Part shown: one piece after another, positions 48,444 to 61,925 of the stretch
How the letters are laid out: the number at the start of each line of letters is the position of its first letter
How positions within the stretch are numbered: the stretch's first letter is position 1
NCBI GenBank assembly: GCA_964188305.1
Contig: OZ076902.1
From: Podarcis bocagei
Taxonomy: Eukaryota
Strand: one strand, 5' to 3'
DNA: 64,000 bases
Made by a program: the position numbers and the translations under genes
Notes under the pieces: model-generated
The model's input: the letters and a program-made list of their open reading frames with translations, nothing else
What the model was told of the DNA's origin: nothing
Databases searched by the model: none

Positions 48444-48782
48444 AAGGTAAAGGTCATTAGATCCAGTCGTGGCCGACTGGGGTTGCGGCACTCATCTCGC
48501 TTTATTGGCTGAGGGAGCTGGCATACAGCTTCCGGGTCATGTGGCCAGCATGACTAAACCGCTTCTGGCGAACCAGAGCAGCACTCGGAAATGCCGTTTA
48601 CCTTCCCGCCGGAGTGGTACCTATTTATCTACTTGCACTTTGACGTGCTTTTGAACTGCTAGGTTGGCAGGAGCTGGGACCGAGCAACGGGAGCTCACCC
48701 CGTCGCGGGGATTCGAACCGCCGACCTTCTGATTGGCAAGTCCTAGGCTCTGTCGTTTAACCCACAGCGCCACCCGTATCCC
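48444..48782 (-). mobile_element. Sauria SINE
   Basis: Reverse complement of the canonical element; TSD CCCTGGTCTTTTA (48431-48443, 48783-48795). Confidence 0.92.
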
Positions 48783-49486
48783 CCCTGGTCTTTTAGGAGG
48801 GTTTAAAAAAACCTTTAGAATGGGATTCTGGTGTATAAAAAAGGAATACAGGGAGGTATCTTATACAGAATCAAACCAATTGGTTCATCTGACTGGCTAT
48901 ACTGACTGGCCGCAGCAACTCTCCAGGGGTTCATACAACTCAACCTGGGGGTGCTGGGAGCTGAATCTGGGGTGTTATGAATGCAAAGCTAAGAGCCAAG
49001 AGCCCTCTCCATGTTGCGAGAGTGGGACACATTTACAATTCCACCCTCCTTACCGCAAAGAAAGTCCTTTAACTCCCTTAAGGTTTTCTTTTCTTTTTGC
49101 ATGCACAGCGCATTGTTGTTTTATCCTGCTTGGGGAATTGAAAAGTAAAATTAAGTTACAAAAAAGGTTCTTGCACCCAACCAAGGTCATTTTGCTAACA
49201 ATCCAGCCTTTCCTGTTCTGCACAGCCCCATTGTAGAAGTCGCCAATCAGCAGCTGATCCATTCAATGGGCCCAACTCCCCCGAAGGCCACGGAAAAATA
49301 CCACCGTCTGCCAGCATCAGGCTAACAGGAAAACCTTCCCCAGCCTGGTGCCCTCCGGGTGTTTTGGACTACAGGTCCCATCTGCACTAGCCAGCACTGC
49401 TAAAGCTGATGGGAGTTATAGTCCAAAATGACTGAAGGGCACTCATTCACAGACTGGGCAAAGCAACATCCTCAGGCACTCAAGAA

Positions 49487-49570
49487 CATAGCTGTCAACT
49501 TTTCCCTTTTCTTGCGAGGAATCCTATTCGGAATAAGGGAATGTCCCTTCAAAAAAAGTTGACAGCTATG
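49487..49570. mobile_element. 84-bp hAT MITE
   Basis: TIR CATAGCTGTCAAC/GTTGACAGCTATG; TSD CTCAAGAA/CTCCGGAA (6/8); inverted paralogue at 63808. Confidence 0.85.
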
Positions 49571-50106
49571 CTCCGGAAGCTGCAAATAAGTGGCAGAGGT
49601 GGTTTCTGAATGCAGTGAACCTTTAATGCTCTGAAATAAGGGGCGTTGATCATGTTCACATACGAAAGAACCCCCATCCTTTAACCAGAAGGGGCTGCTC
49701 TTTCTAGCCTAGCATCATGGCTAGACCAAGAGCTAACCTGTGACCCACATGAAGCCCTTGGCCATTCCCCTGGTGGCCCCCCTTTTGCCTCTCCCCACTG
49801 CCCTGCTAATCGGACACCAGCTGGGCAGCAGGGAAGCGTCCCAAGAGGGCAGCAATCAAGGACAGATCAAGGGCACCAGGGAGGAGGTTCTCCCTCCCCC
49901 CCCCCACGGTCCAGATCCAATGAAGACCGCTGTCCCTCCTCCCCAAGTGATCATCTGCACTTTAATGAGGAAATAGGGAGGCTGGGATGACAGCTGCTTG
50001 GCAGGCTAGTGGCAGAGGGACATAATTTTATTGGAAAGCTCAAGGAATGAGGCCACCCCTGCACATCTGTCTATCCATGAGTGTTGTTGTTAATGCATGT
50101 CTGGGA

Positions 50107-50311
50107 ATAGGAACGTAGGAAGCTGCTTTCTAACAAGTCAGAGCCCTGGGGCCTATATAGCTCAGTATTGTCCACACTGGCTGGCAGTGGCTCTCCAGGG
50201 TTTCAAGGAAGCGGTCTCTCTCTGTCTTAATCTAGAGATGCTGCCAGGGATTTAATTTGGGGCCTTCTGTATGCAGGGCAATCGCTCTACCATTGAGCGA
50301 TGGTCCTTCCC
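50107..50311 (-). mobile_element. tRNA-Ala-derived SINE (Squam3-like)
   Basis: Reverse complement of the 8532 family; another copy at ~57473-57770 is split by a MITE. Confidence 0.72.
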
Positions 50312-50315
50312 TGAA

Positions 50316-50320
<5 letters not shown>

Positions 50321-50394
<74 letters not shown>
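50321..50394 (+). repeat. (TG)n(AG)n compound microsatellite
   Basis: Direct reading. Confidence 0.92.
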
Positions 50395-50400
<6 letters not shown>

Positions 50401-50417
50401 TGTGGCTGGCTCTGACT

Positions 50418-50772
50418 ATGAGTGGTGCTGTGGTCTAAACCTCTTGAACTTGCTGATCGGAAGGTCAGCTGTTTGAATCTCCCCAATGGGGTGAGCTCCC
50501 GTTTCTCGGTCCCTGCTCCTGCCAACCTAGCAGTTCGAAAGCACACTAGTACAAGTAGATAAATAGGTGCCACTGCGGTGGGTAGGTAAACAGCGTTTCT
50601 GTCACGGTGTGCCATTGCGCCGGAAGCGGTTTAGTCCTGCTGGCCACATGACCCGGAAAGCTGTCTGTGGACAAATGCCGGCTCCCTCAGCCTGAAAAGC
50701 GAGATGAGTGCCGTACTCCATAGCTGCCTTTGACTGGATTTAACCATCCAGGAGTCATTTACCTTACCTTTT
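50418..50772 (+). mobile_element. Sauria SINE, divergent subfamily
   Basis: Same architecture with diagnostic differences (GGTCTAAACC, CTGTCTGTGGACAAATGCC). Confidence 0.85.
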
Positions 50773-53342
50773 ATCTTTCTCTGGCACATGGCCCCGGGCC
50801 CCTAAATGTGGGATATTTATGATGCAGACAAACCAACAATGCATGTTTGCTAGATAGGCACATTATAGGCGCTGAAGCTCACAAGTTGTCCTGTGGGTTT
50901 GCTAGAGAGAACTCTGAGAGCCACTCCCCCTGTACCCTGACTTCTCACTTGGCTGGGCACTTTCTCTTTGCTGTTTGGCTTCTCTTCGCTCTTCCTCTTC
51001 ATCTCATCACCAAGCCAGAAATGTGAAAACATCTGCAGGTCAGAGCTCCATCGCTCAGACACTATCTTAAGCTAGACTTCAGCATGTCTTTCTAACTGAA
51101 TTACCATGTTACGCCTGGCTGGACAAAGCTGCTGTATCTGATAATCCTCAACAAGTATTCTGAGTAAATAGATGTTATTTTTTTTATAAGGCTGTTTGTG
51201 CGATTGTTGTTTTAAGGGGAGAAAGGGGGGAAATACCAGGAGAATCCAGTCTGCCTTAAAGCATCCTGGTTTACTTAAACTAAAAGGCTAAGACTAGCCT
51301 ATCTAAGCTTCCCTTTTAAGCTGCAAAGGGATGAAACTCTGTTGTATTCACAAATGTGAGGAAGGAAGGATAATATCTAATCTAATAGATATAGCCTCTG
51401 CTGGCATCTATACACATCCCTACACTAATGTATTTTTAATCTTTGTTGGAAGCCGCCCAGAGTGGCTGGGGAAACCCAGCCAGATGAGCATGGTACAAAT
51501 AATAAATTACTATTACTATTACTAAATATTGCCCATCCCCAGGCAGACTATGAAATCAGGGAAGATCATTACAAAGTTTGCACAAAAGAAGCAGCACTCT
51601 CAACTCTCTCCCAGCCTCAAACCCAGCACTGTGAAGAGGATAATACTGGCCTACCTCAAAGGACCGGTGTAAAAAATTACTCTCCCAAAAATGCATCTGA
51701 AGTGCTTTGGACTCTCTTATGAACTACATAGCATTGTTACTTTGCATTTAGAAAGTAGTACCCCTTTTGATCCAGACCAGATGTTAACTCTACTTAAAGC
51801 CACAGTCAATGGGGCTGTGCAGAGAACACCTTGTTTGCCACTGTGAATTGCAGTCCAAAGCTCCAGCCAGGAGGAATGAGATGGAACAGGCTGTGCTCAG
51901 CCTCACACAAACTGCAGTCTGAGCAAAGCCACTTCCTGGACTGGGTTCTTTAAAAGACACGTTGAAAGAAGCTGGGACGGTGCCAGAACACTCTGTAATG
52001 CCCAGATGCAGGGTGGATGTTGCCCAGCTGTGGAAAGGCCTCCAAACACAGAGCCACAAATGGCGCCAGCTGCTCCTTGGCATCCACACGTACATTTCGG
52101 GGGGGGGCAAAGTCTCCCCAGAAGTGGTTGCAAGACTCTTGCGCAAGGCACCACTGATCTTGGGATTCAGAACCACTGCAGCATCCTAAACTCATCAGTC
52201 AATTCTTTTGGATTCCCTCTGGCAGCCAAGCCAATGAGGAACATTTCATCTAACCACTTAAGCCTCTGCCCATCTTTAAGCCAAGTGAAAGCAGAACAAG
52301 CCGAGAAGCTGGTGAACAAGCGAGGCCGGAAAAATATAAAAGGCCACTTGTGCAGCAGGGCTAAATTTAGACCTTGTTTTTGCTGAGACTTTTGCAGAAA
52401 GTTGCCAGGCAGGCTCTGCCAAATGCTCAGCACAGTCTTTGCTAACTCTTCAGATCTGAAAGTTTTCCTTCCCTTTAACACTGGCCTGAAATACACCATC
52501 CGGCCTGCTGTATTGGAAAGCAGCAGCACAGAACCAGCAAAACTCTCTGGGCGGCATGGTGGGTTTTATGAGATGGGGGGAGATAGGAAGGTGATGCCAA
52601 CGTACAAAAGGCAAAAATGCATCCCCATCCCAGGTTGGGCCTCCTATGGCACGAACACCTGCGTCTTTGCAGCCAATTCGGTTTGCCACTCTCATTGCAA
52701 GCAAAACTCTAACCAAGAATCCGTCCTTTAAAAAGAAAGAACAACAGAATGTTGGGCTTCCCTCCAGAACCTGCAGCTCTCAAAGCCTGAGCCTCCATGG
52801 CCAAACCTCTTCAGGGAGAGGCAAAGATGGAGGGGACGCCGACTAGTGCCCAGTCCCCCAGGGAAGCACCTGCAAACAACCTATCCACAGGAATGGGCCG
52901 CAATATGATATTGAGTTTGCAAGATGGCAGAGAGCTGCCAAAGCATCTAAGGTATTCATTCAGCAATTGGATGCCCCAGCAGTGCAGCTTTGCAGATGGG
53001 AGTTGTAGTCCAAAGCACCCAGAGAGTGCCAGGCTGGGGGAGGCCAGGCTAAAGGAAACAGAGCTGGATGATTTGTTGTTCAGCGGCCTTCAACCTCAGC
53101 CAAGGAGGGATCATTAAAACACCCAAGAAGAGCCTTTTGGTCACTGGATCAGACCAAACGCGGCTCCATCTTGCCAAGCTCCCTGTTCTTGCAATGGCCA
53201 ACTGAATGCCGTTGAGCTCATCAAGCTTTGGACTCTCGTGGTTCTGGATCACATGAGATAATATGAAAACAAGAGGAAGATAGCAAGATGTGGAACAGTT
53301 CTTAGGAACCTTTGGGGCAATAAAGCTCTTCCAGGCTGTACC

Positions 53343-53528
53343 CAGGCCCAGACAGAGGGGGAGGGGGCATATGGGCCACTTGGCCCGGGCCTCCAATTCC
53401 AAAGGGGGCCTTGGTCAGCATTATTTATATACTTACTTATTTATAAGACTTCAGTTATCCCCAGGGTAAAAAAAGGGGGGCAACTTATCTACCTGGCCTG
53501 GGCCTCTGCCTGGCTCTGCAAGGCCCTG
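53343..53528. mobile_element. hAT-like MITE
   Basis: Perfect 8-bp TSD GCTGTACC (53335-53342, 53529-53536); imperfect TIR CAGGCCCAGACAGAG / CTCTGCAAGGCCCTG. Confidence 0.7.
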
Positions 53529-55269
53529 GCTGTACCACATGGGGGGCAGATCATTCCAGGGCAGGAAGAAAGCTTGGCTGCTGACCTCTTTTCCTTGACA
53601 AGCTAGTTTTCCACCTGTGGGGAGCCTCCAGATCTGCAGCAGAGAAGCCCCAAACACTCTTCTTCCTTCTCCATTCCCGCTGGAAACTGGGGTGTCTGTG
53701 GGTCTTCTGCAGGACAGCCTCCCTGTGCATCAACTTCATCCCCCACTTCGCCCCAACCCAAACTCCATCCTCTTGCCTGGACTGCTTTGGAGGGCTGCAG
53801 AGCTGGCTTCTACTCACAGAGCTCTTTTCAGGGGCCAAAAGCTCACAGGAGCTTGTGATTCAATTGCATGGAAAGGGATTTCTACCTGACCTTGAAAGCC
53901 CATCCTGTGGCTCAGGCAGAAAAGGACCTTGCACATATTCCCCAAGAATTTGGCCAATGGAAGACGGGCGTGTATCCAGGGGCATCTTGGCTTCTCTCGT
54001 AACCAGGATTCCACCCATGTGGTCAAGGGATATTTTAAGTCTTCCAGCACTGACTGTGGTTAACCAGTGCTTGGATGAGCAAAGGAGGCAGCTGCCGCCA
54101 ACTTGGGGTTAAGATGCCTTCCCCTTCCCATCTGTTCTAGAGGCTGGAAAAGGGGCACCAATTAATTTCTACTGCGCAACACCAAAAATTAGCATAACCT
54201 CTCGTTACTGTGCTTTGTGGCACAGAGTTTCATTGGGGGAGGGGGCTCACTCTTCAAGGCACTCCCTGGCATCCTGCAGCGAAATTCTCTCTCTCTGCAC
54301 AGTGGTCCCCAGAGTTAATATAAATGACTGTCACCACCTGCCAGTCCATTTGTTAAAAGGCAGGAATCAAGATCCACTCACAAGCATCCCTCAAGTCCGT
54401 CCAGTGGAGTCCCGTCCCCCCCGGTCCAACTTCAACTGGGGTCCGCAGTGACCTTGGGGGAGCCCCATGTCACTTACTTAACTGTTCCATCGGCCTTGAC
54501 TTGGGAAGCAATCCCATCCAGAAACAGACCTCTCTGTTTGAAAGAGAAGCTTGAACAGAAGAATGTTGTTGGCACCTTCCAACGTGTCTCTTGGACAGAT
54601 GGGGCACTTGTCCCCAGAGGCTTTGAGCAGCCCCAACCCGTGAAGCATTTGGCAATGCTCAGAGGTGGTTATTCCCACATGCTCCTTTCGACCCAGGAAG
54701 CTCCTTTCTCATGAGATCTGGAGACTTTAAACACAGCTTCATAAACTGAAGAAACCACCGAGCGTTAGACCAGAGGAGCGTGATCCTTCGTAGTAATTCC
54801 AAAAGACCACAGAGAACAGCTAGTGGAATCCTAAGAGGAGGGAGGTGGCAACCGAAAGGGGGGTGTCGCAGGGTGGGGGGCTAACACTACCTTCATTAAT
54901 GCCTCTCTCCTTCTCCCTGGTGTAGCAGAGAGCTGGTGGGTCTTCCTGGGCACCATATGGGATGTGCTGGATTGATCGCCTTAGGGACCAGCTGCAAATT
55001 GATTTAGCAGAGACACTCCCCCTGGCCTAAGTGAACTGATGCATGCCTGGGCGACAGATAATAAATGGCCCCCGTTAGCACAGTAAACAGTTGGCCACAA
55101 AAATCTGCCTCTGCAGGGGCACCAAATATGTAAAAGGGAATAATAACCTGCTGCTAGATCAAAACCCTGGCTGGTTAAAACGTGCTAGCTTTTTGACTGC
55201 ATGGGACTCCCTAGTATAGGATTCCAGAGCACAATAACCACACTGGATTGTGTTCCTGTTAGATTAGCC

Positions 55270-55745
55270 CCGGGTTGTGCTTCCAAGCTTATTCATTTTA
55301 TTTTGAAGTTTAAAAATTACAACGTGCTTGGGATCTAAAAACCGCAAAGCTTCTCAAAACAATAAAACACAAGAACATCAAAACTGCAGTTTTAAAAACC
55401 CCTGGTCTGCGAATGCCCAGGGATTTATTTATTTTTTAACAGGCAGCAGAAACCATTGGTGCATGCCAGATGGCCGGGGGGGGGGGTGAGGAGGGCGGCA
55501 TTCTGTTCAACCAGGTGGTCACTGCCACCACGAATGCCCCCTCTAGTTCTGCAGGTTGCAGGCGTGCCAGCAGAGCTCCCTCCAAAGGTCACAGTGATCT
55601 AACAGGGCAGGAGGGAAAGCGTTCCTTCAGGTAACCTGGTCCTGCAGTGTTTAGAGCTTTCTGCATTAATGATAACACCTTAAACTGAGCTCAGTGGCAA
55701 GCTGGCAACTGGTTCAGTTCAATCAGTGCAGGTCGGGTAAGTGTA
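55270..55745 (-). mobile_element. Degraded L2-like LINE 3' fragment
   Basis: TCCTTCAGGTAACCTGGTCC...TTTAGAGCTTT...AACACCTTAAACTGAGC resembles the reverse strand of the L2 ORF2 C-terminus. Confidence 0.45.
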
Positions 55746-55846
55746 TGCTCAAGTCTCTCCCCACCCACTGCAGTCAATCTCTTCTGGACAACTGTCTGGG
55801 GGCCACATGCCACTGGTGGGAGGGGCCAAAGGCAAAAAAGAGGAGG

Positions 55847-56311
55847 CATCACCTTGCCAACAAAGGCCTGTATAGTTAAAGCTATGGTTTTCCCAGTAGT
55901 GATGTATGGAAGTGAGAGCTGGATCTTCGGCTGATCGCCGAAGAATTGATGCTTTTGAATTACGGTGCTGGAGGAGACTCTTGAGAGTCCCATGGACTGC
56001 AAGAAGATCAAACCTCTCCATTCTGAAGGAAATCAGCCCTGAGTGCTCACTGGAAGGACAGATCCTGAAGCTGAGGCTCCAATACTTTGGCCACCTCAAG
56101 AGAAGAGAAGACTCCCTGGAAAAGACCCTGATGTTGGGAAAGATGAAGGGCACAAGGAGAAGGGGACAACAGAGGACAAGATGGTTGGACAGTGTTCTCA
56201 AAGCTACTAGCATGAGTTTGACCAAACTGCGGGAGGTGGTGGAAGGCAGAAGTGCCTGGCGTTCTCTGGTCCAGGGGGTCACGAAGAGTCAGACACGACT
56301 AAACGACAACA
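55847..56311 (+). mobile_element. BovB (RTE clade) LINE 3' fragment, inserted in a hAT relic
   Basis: ORF 55906-56325: ADRRRIDAFELRCWRRLLRVPWTARRSNLSILKEISPECSLEGQILKLRLQYFGHL...EKTLMLGK...RRGQQRTRWLD...GVTKSQTRL. Confidence 0.94.
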
Positions 56312-56700
56312 CCTTTGTACTGTAGAATCGTTTCTACAGAGACTAAGGCCATGGCACTCAAGGAGGGTGTGGAGCAAGGCCAGCAAGGGGCGTGGCCTAG
56401 GGAGAGGGGGCGTTTCCTGGGAAGAGTCCCAAGGGAAAGACAGAGAGGTCCAGAGGGCTGCAATTGGCCCCTGGCCCGAGGTTACCCACCCCATGCTTGA
56501 GTTGCTGCACACTGTAATTTCATTATTGAAAGCAAGAAATGAGGACCTCCACTCCTTCCTGGCTCCTTATTCCAGCAGCCTCTGGGCAGAACTGAGAGCT
56601 AGCTCATTGCTGCAATGGAAAGCAAATTTGCCCTTCCACAAAACTGGATTCCATGCTCTCTCCACTGAGACAAGGTGGACAGACGCCTCCCCACTTGCTA

Positions 56701-56759
56701 AACAGACACAGACACAGACAGACAGACAGACAGACAGACACACACACACACACACACAC
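56701..56759 (+). repeat. (ACAG)n/(AC)n microsatellite
   Basis: Direct reading. Confidence 0.85.
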
Positions 56760-58906
56760 GGAGGAATGTCCATTAAAGTCATGATCGTATCAAACCCTCC
56801 AAGGCGTTTCTAAAAAGGAGGAGGGAAAGCCAAGCAAGTGCCTCTCCCAATATTCTCCACACCAGGATTGCTTTAAAATTCATTAGTTTCTCTCCCCCAC
56901 CCCATAAAACACATTCAGAAGCACTTTCCGCCTACAAAACGCAGTTCTGAGCTGCAACCTCCTGTTTAAATGGAAGAGGGGGGGTCTTTTGGCTGAAGAA
57001 AAAGGGATGCTTGCTGAAATGAGCAGCTTGCTCAAAGGATGCCCCAGATCAGTCCAGCCCCCATCGTGCATATTAAACATTACGGGGAGGGGGGGGAGTT
57101 AAGATGCCAGTGTGCAGGAAGGGGGCATTGTTTTCAACTGCCAACTGTTCTCTGGTGCCCAATCCTGTTCTGATTTATTCCCTGTTGTCCGGGCGGTGAG
57201 AGGAGATTCTCTTCTTCCATCCCAGCTTCCTCTGGGGCACATGGAAAGGAGAGATAAGCCCCTCCTATCAGTCAGTGTTGGAGAGATAACAGGAATAGCT
57301 CTTGAAAATTATTTTCTCACCCACCCCCTGAACACACACACACAGACATTTTCTCCTTACAATCCGTTTCACACCTTTTGATGGTGTTGCTTAAATTGTA
57401 CTCTGTTAAATTTTTTTAGCACAGTTGCCGGTCTATTTTAATTGGAATTTTATTTTTTTCTGTATGCAGCTAGTAGAAACATAGGAAGCCATTTTACACT
57501 GGATCAGATCACTGGTCCATTAGCTCAGTATTGTCTACTACACTGACTGGCAGTGGCAGCTCTCCAAGGATTTCAGACAGGAGACTCTCTAGGGCTGATT
57601 TTCTCAACCAACCCTGTGTCCCCAGATGCTCTTGAACTACAACTCCCATCATCCCTGACCACTGGCCATGCTGGCTAGGAATGATGGGAGTTGTAGTCCA
57701 ACAACACCTGGGGACTGAACGCTGAGAAAGGCCTTACCTGGAGATTGAACCTGGGGACTTCCTGCAAGATGCCATCACTTCCAACGATTGGCTATATATT
57801 CATTTTCCATATACATATTCATTTTCCAAATTTATAACACATCAATGCCAAATTAAAACTATTTTAATACAATTTTTCCAAAAACTGGCTTCCTACTCTT
57901 TCTCAGATATTTCTTCGTATTACATGCTGCTTGCATTACAAATTTATCTCCAATTAGCAAGCATTTTAAAAAACAAATACCCTTTTCCCTCAGCTGTCTG
58001 TTTGCATTTAACAAATAAATGCGATGATGATGATGATGGAAAAGGGGGACAGCGTTTAACACACCCCCAACCTTCCTTGCCCAAAGAGAAGCACTGCCTG
58101 TCCTTAGTAGCCAATGGAAGAGTGCAATCTTTGGACAGCTAATCCTGCTTCCCAGGCCCATCACAGAAACCTGAGAAGTAGAATAGTCTACTCAATTTTG
58201 CTCAAGTTACCCAAGAGTTGGAAGGGTCCCTGAAAGCCACACAATCCAACTCTTGCTTGATGCAAAGAATCCAAAACTGGAGGGATTCCCCCAAACGATG
58301 CAGCCTCTGCATGAAGGGCTTCCGCCTCCATCAAGGGAGGCCATTGACCAGCTGGAAGGCAGCAGTGCTTCTGGATTCTAGTTGCTGGAAACTGAAGGGA
58401 GAGAGAGGGCTCTTGTGCCTGGGGGGGTTTCCCATTGGGGGCATCAGGTTGATCACTCTGAGAACAGGATGCCCAAGACAGCTATGTGATGCTGGGGCTG
58501 ATGGGAGTTGTGGTCCAAACCACCTAGAAGGCACCAGGATGAGGAAAACTGGGCTCAAGCTCAGTCTAGACTCATCTACCCAATGGAGGCAAAGGAAAGC
58601 TACTTCTCCCCCACTACTGCATCTGCTCAGAGGGCAATTGCCCCAGAAGACACCCCCCACCTGATGTGGTTAAGAGCAAATGAAAAGCCAGAGTCATCTC
58701 CTGCTGGACCAGCCAGGCCCCATTCCGTCACCAGCCACTATTACAGCCCATCACAGCAAGAGTCCTAAAAGAAGAGTTATTTGCCAGACTGGAATTGCAG
58801 TGGCCCCAGGGGGGAGCAAAGTGGTTTTCCTTACTAGGCAGAGGAGCAGCCCATAGGCAGCAGCTGGGTTACAAAGCCCTCCCCTTTATGGCAAGGCGAT
58901 TGGGGT

Positions 58907-58908
<2 letters not shown>

Positions 58909-58947
<39 letters not shown>
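58909..58947 (+). repeat. (AG)n microsatellite
   Basis: Direct reading. Confidence 0.92.
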
Positions 58948-58951
<4 letters not shown>

Positions 58952-59624
58952 AGCTCCTTGGTCCAACGAAGGCAAACCAGAGCTGCCTGCTCAAATAGCC
59001 GGACTGATGGCAGCCAACATGTCACTGGGAGGCAAACACCATTTCAGAAAGGATCCTGGCTCAGTGGTCGAGAAAAGAGGCCAGTAGCATCATGAACTGA
59101 ATCAGTTTCTCCCGCAATTTCACACACAAAATGGCGGCCAAGGATGCTCACCTGCGCCTGGGCTGGACCACTTCAGGGGCCTCCGGTGGTATCTCACAGC
59201 AGGCAATTTGCTTCTCTGCATAAAATAAAACACTTTGTATGCTGTGTTTGAAATTAGCCAGGCGCATTTTGCACCTGGCTTTCGACCGCTTGGAACCAGG
59301 CGACTTTTCCTCTTAAGTTCTCAAAGCTCTTAACCCGTCATCTGAACTAGCCAGAAGTCTAACTGGGAATCAATCACAGTCAGTCCTTTGAAAAATAAAG
59401 ACTTTAGTCTTGCCCCAAAATGACAACTAGACATTCCGTTTTGGCGACTGCAACGTTGGTTTAAGGAGCCATTTGGCGCCTAGCTTATATATCTGAGTTT
59501 CTAACGTTGTTCATATGTAGAAGGTGTCACATCGAGCAAGAGGATCAGCTAAATCCCTTCTCTCCCAACAAGATACAGCCTCAAGTGAAGTTTTGGTCTG
59601 ATTCTGCAGAGCTCTGAGGATATA

Positions 59625-59850
59625 CAGTGGTACCTTGGGTTACAGATGCTTCAGGTTACAGACTCCGCTAACTCAGAAATAGTACCTTGGGTTAAGAACT
59701 TTGCTTCAGGATGAGAACAGAAATCGCGTGGTGGCGGCGCGGCGGTAGCAGGAGGTCCCATTAGCTAAAGTGGTGCTTCAGCTTAAGAACAGTTTCAGGT
59801 TAAGAGCGGACCTCCGGAACGAATTAAGTTCTTAACCCGAGGTACCACTA
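59625..59850 (+). mobile_element. Tigger/pogo-like MITE, family A
   Basis: TA|CAGTGGTACCTTGGGTTA ... TAACCCGAGGTACCACTA|TA. Confidence 0.88.
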
Positions 59851-60484
59851 TATATGCTGAGATTGATCATGGCCTTACTCCTAACTTCCCCCCACTGTCT
59901 TTTAGGACTAAAAGAGGAAGGAGGAAAGCAGATCCCAAAAGATTCCTCTTCTGTGCTGCTTAGTGAAACCAGATCCCAGAACCCAGAGCTGGCCACCAGA
60001 TGACAAGGAAGCCAGCAGGAGGAAGAGGCAGCCACACTTTCCAAAAGGCGACACCATCCACCAGTCCCCATCAGCAGTCTCCGCTCTCACCCCAGACCAT
60101 CAGCCACTCACTCGCCTGGTCTTTACTGGGTTCCGAGGAAGCTGAAGGGGCAGCCAGCGGGAAAGAGGCAAACTGAAAGCAGAGAAGGGTCAGGAGGGGG
60201 AAAGGCAAGGCAGTCGGAGAAGAGGCAGGACAAACAGTTCCATCAGGAGCAAAGCAGGCCCTGGCATGGAAAGCCCCTTTTGGCTGGGGCTCATGAGGTC
60301 CAGTTTCCAGTCCAGCAGCTGCCTGGTTCCTGCCAAACTGGGAGGAGCAAAAGAAACTTGATTGCAGAGCCAGCCCAGGTGAAAGGGAAGAGGGAGCTGA
60401 GCCATGCCAGAGAATGCTGGCCACACCTGTCCAGGGGATGCAATCCCAGAAATGCAGGATTTGGATGCAGCTACCCTGGGGTGA

Positions 60485-60840
60485 GGGACGTGGGTGCAGC
60501 TGTGGGTTAAACCACAGAGCCTATGACTTGCTAATCAGAAGGTCGGCGGTTCGAATCTCCGCGATGGGGTGAGCTCCCGTTGCTCGGTCCCTGTTCCAAC
60601 CAACCTAGCAGTTCAAAAGCATGTCAAAGTGCAAGTAGATAAATAGGTACCGCTCCTGCGGGAAGGTAAACGGCGTTTCCGTGCGCTGCTGTGGTTCGCC
60701 AGAAGCGGCTAAGTCATGCTGGCCACATGACCCGGAAGCTGTACGCTGGCTCCCTCGGCCAATAAAGCGAGATGAGCGCCGCAACCCCAGAGTCAGTCAC
60801 GACTGGATCTAATGGTCAGGGGTCCCTTCACCTTTACCTT
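60485..60840 (+). mobile_element. Sauria SINE, full length
   Basis: Canonical element; 13-bp TSD TACCCTGGGGTGA (60472-60484, 60841-60853). Confidence 0.93.
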
Positions 60841-61925
60841 TACCCTGGGGTGACCTAAAGGCCCTCACCAGGTGCTCAGAATCATGCACCCACATTTCTT
60901 CACAGTACTCCAAGACTAAGCCTCAATATTCAAGACGGCATCTGTGGCATTACAGGTGTCCAGCTTTTGCATCGCATGGAGAAGCGACAGAAAGGTGGAC
61001 TACACACCACAAGCCCTCTGTTTGCTTTGCTTCTATCCTTAAAAAGTGTCCCCCATCAAAGCTCAGGTGTAAACTTTCCTTCTTTCTTTTTTTTAAAAGA
61101 GAGAGCACACATGTGTGCAAATCACTAGCTTTAATGGCCAAGGAGCTTAACAAGACTCCCAGCAATCGGGAGAGGCATATGAGTGCTTTGGCTAGCAAAA
61201 CCAGGACTACAGGCAAACGGAGAAATCACTGAAAGTGTCATAGAACCATAGAACTGGAAGGGACCCCAAGGGTCATCTAGCCCAACCCCCTGAAATTCAA
61301 AATTCAAAACCAATCATTTGTCCAGGTCACATATTCTGACTTGGCTTGGAGCAGAACTTTCAACTGCTTGGCAATCCAGGTACCCCCAACAAGCCCTGCT
61401 TATTGCCCATCCGACATCTCAGCCCTCCCTGAGAGAAAGAGCCCAGCCCTGGCAGCAGAGAGAAAAGAGGGAGGCCCTCCAGGGGCCCCACAAATGCCAG
61501 CGGATGATGAGAACGGCCTCCACATTTCAGCCCGAGGGCAGGGATTGCCCTGACGCCTCCTGAGACTCGCAAGCTGCTCTGGGAGCTTTGTTTTGGCTAA
61601 AGGGCAGAGTAAAAATGCATTAAATAAACAAATTGTGAAGACTATGCAGCATTCCACATTCGCACACACTCATTCTTTCATCAGGTTATCTGCACAACAC
61701 AGCTCCCATCCCCCCCCCAAAAAAAGAGGCCTCCCCCACTCTTGACCTCTCTCTGCGCAGGCCTGGCTTTTCTGAATAGACTGGACAAACAGCCAGCCAG
61801 CCAGGCCACTGACAGCTGCCTCTTGCCCCAGTGATGGCTGCCCATCCTGGCACAGAGCAAGCCACAGTTTGGGTCTCACCCAGTGAAGTCCGTGGCCACT
61901 AGACGGCTGCAAGACCAAGCGAGCA

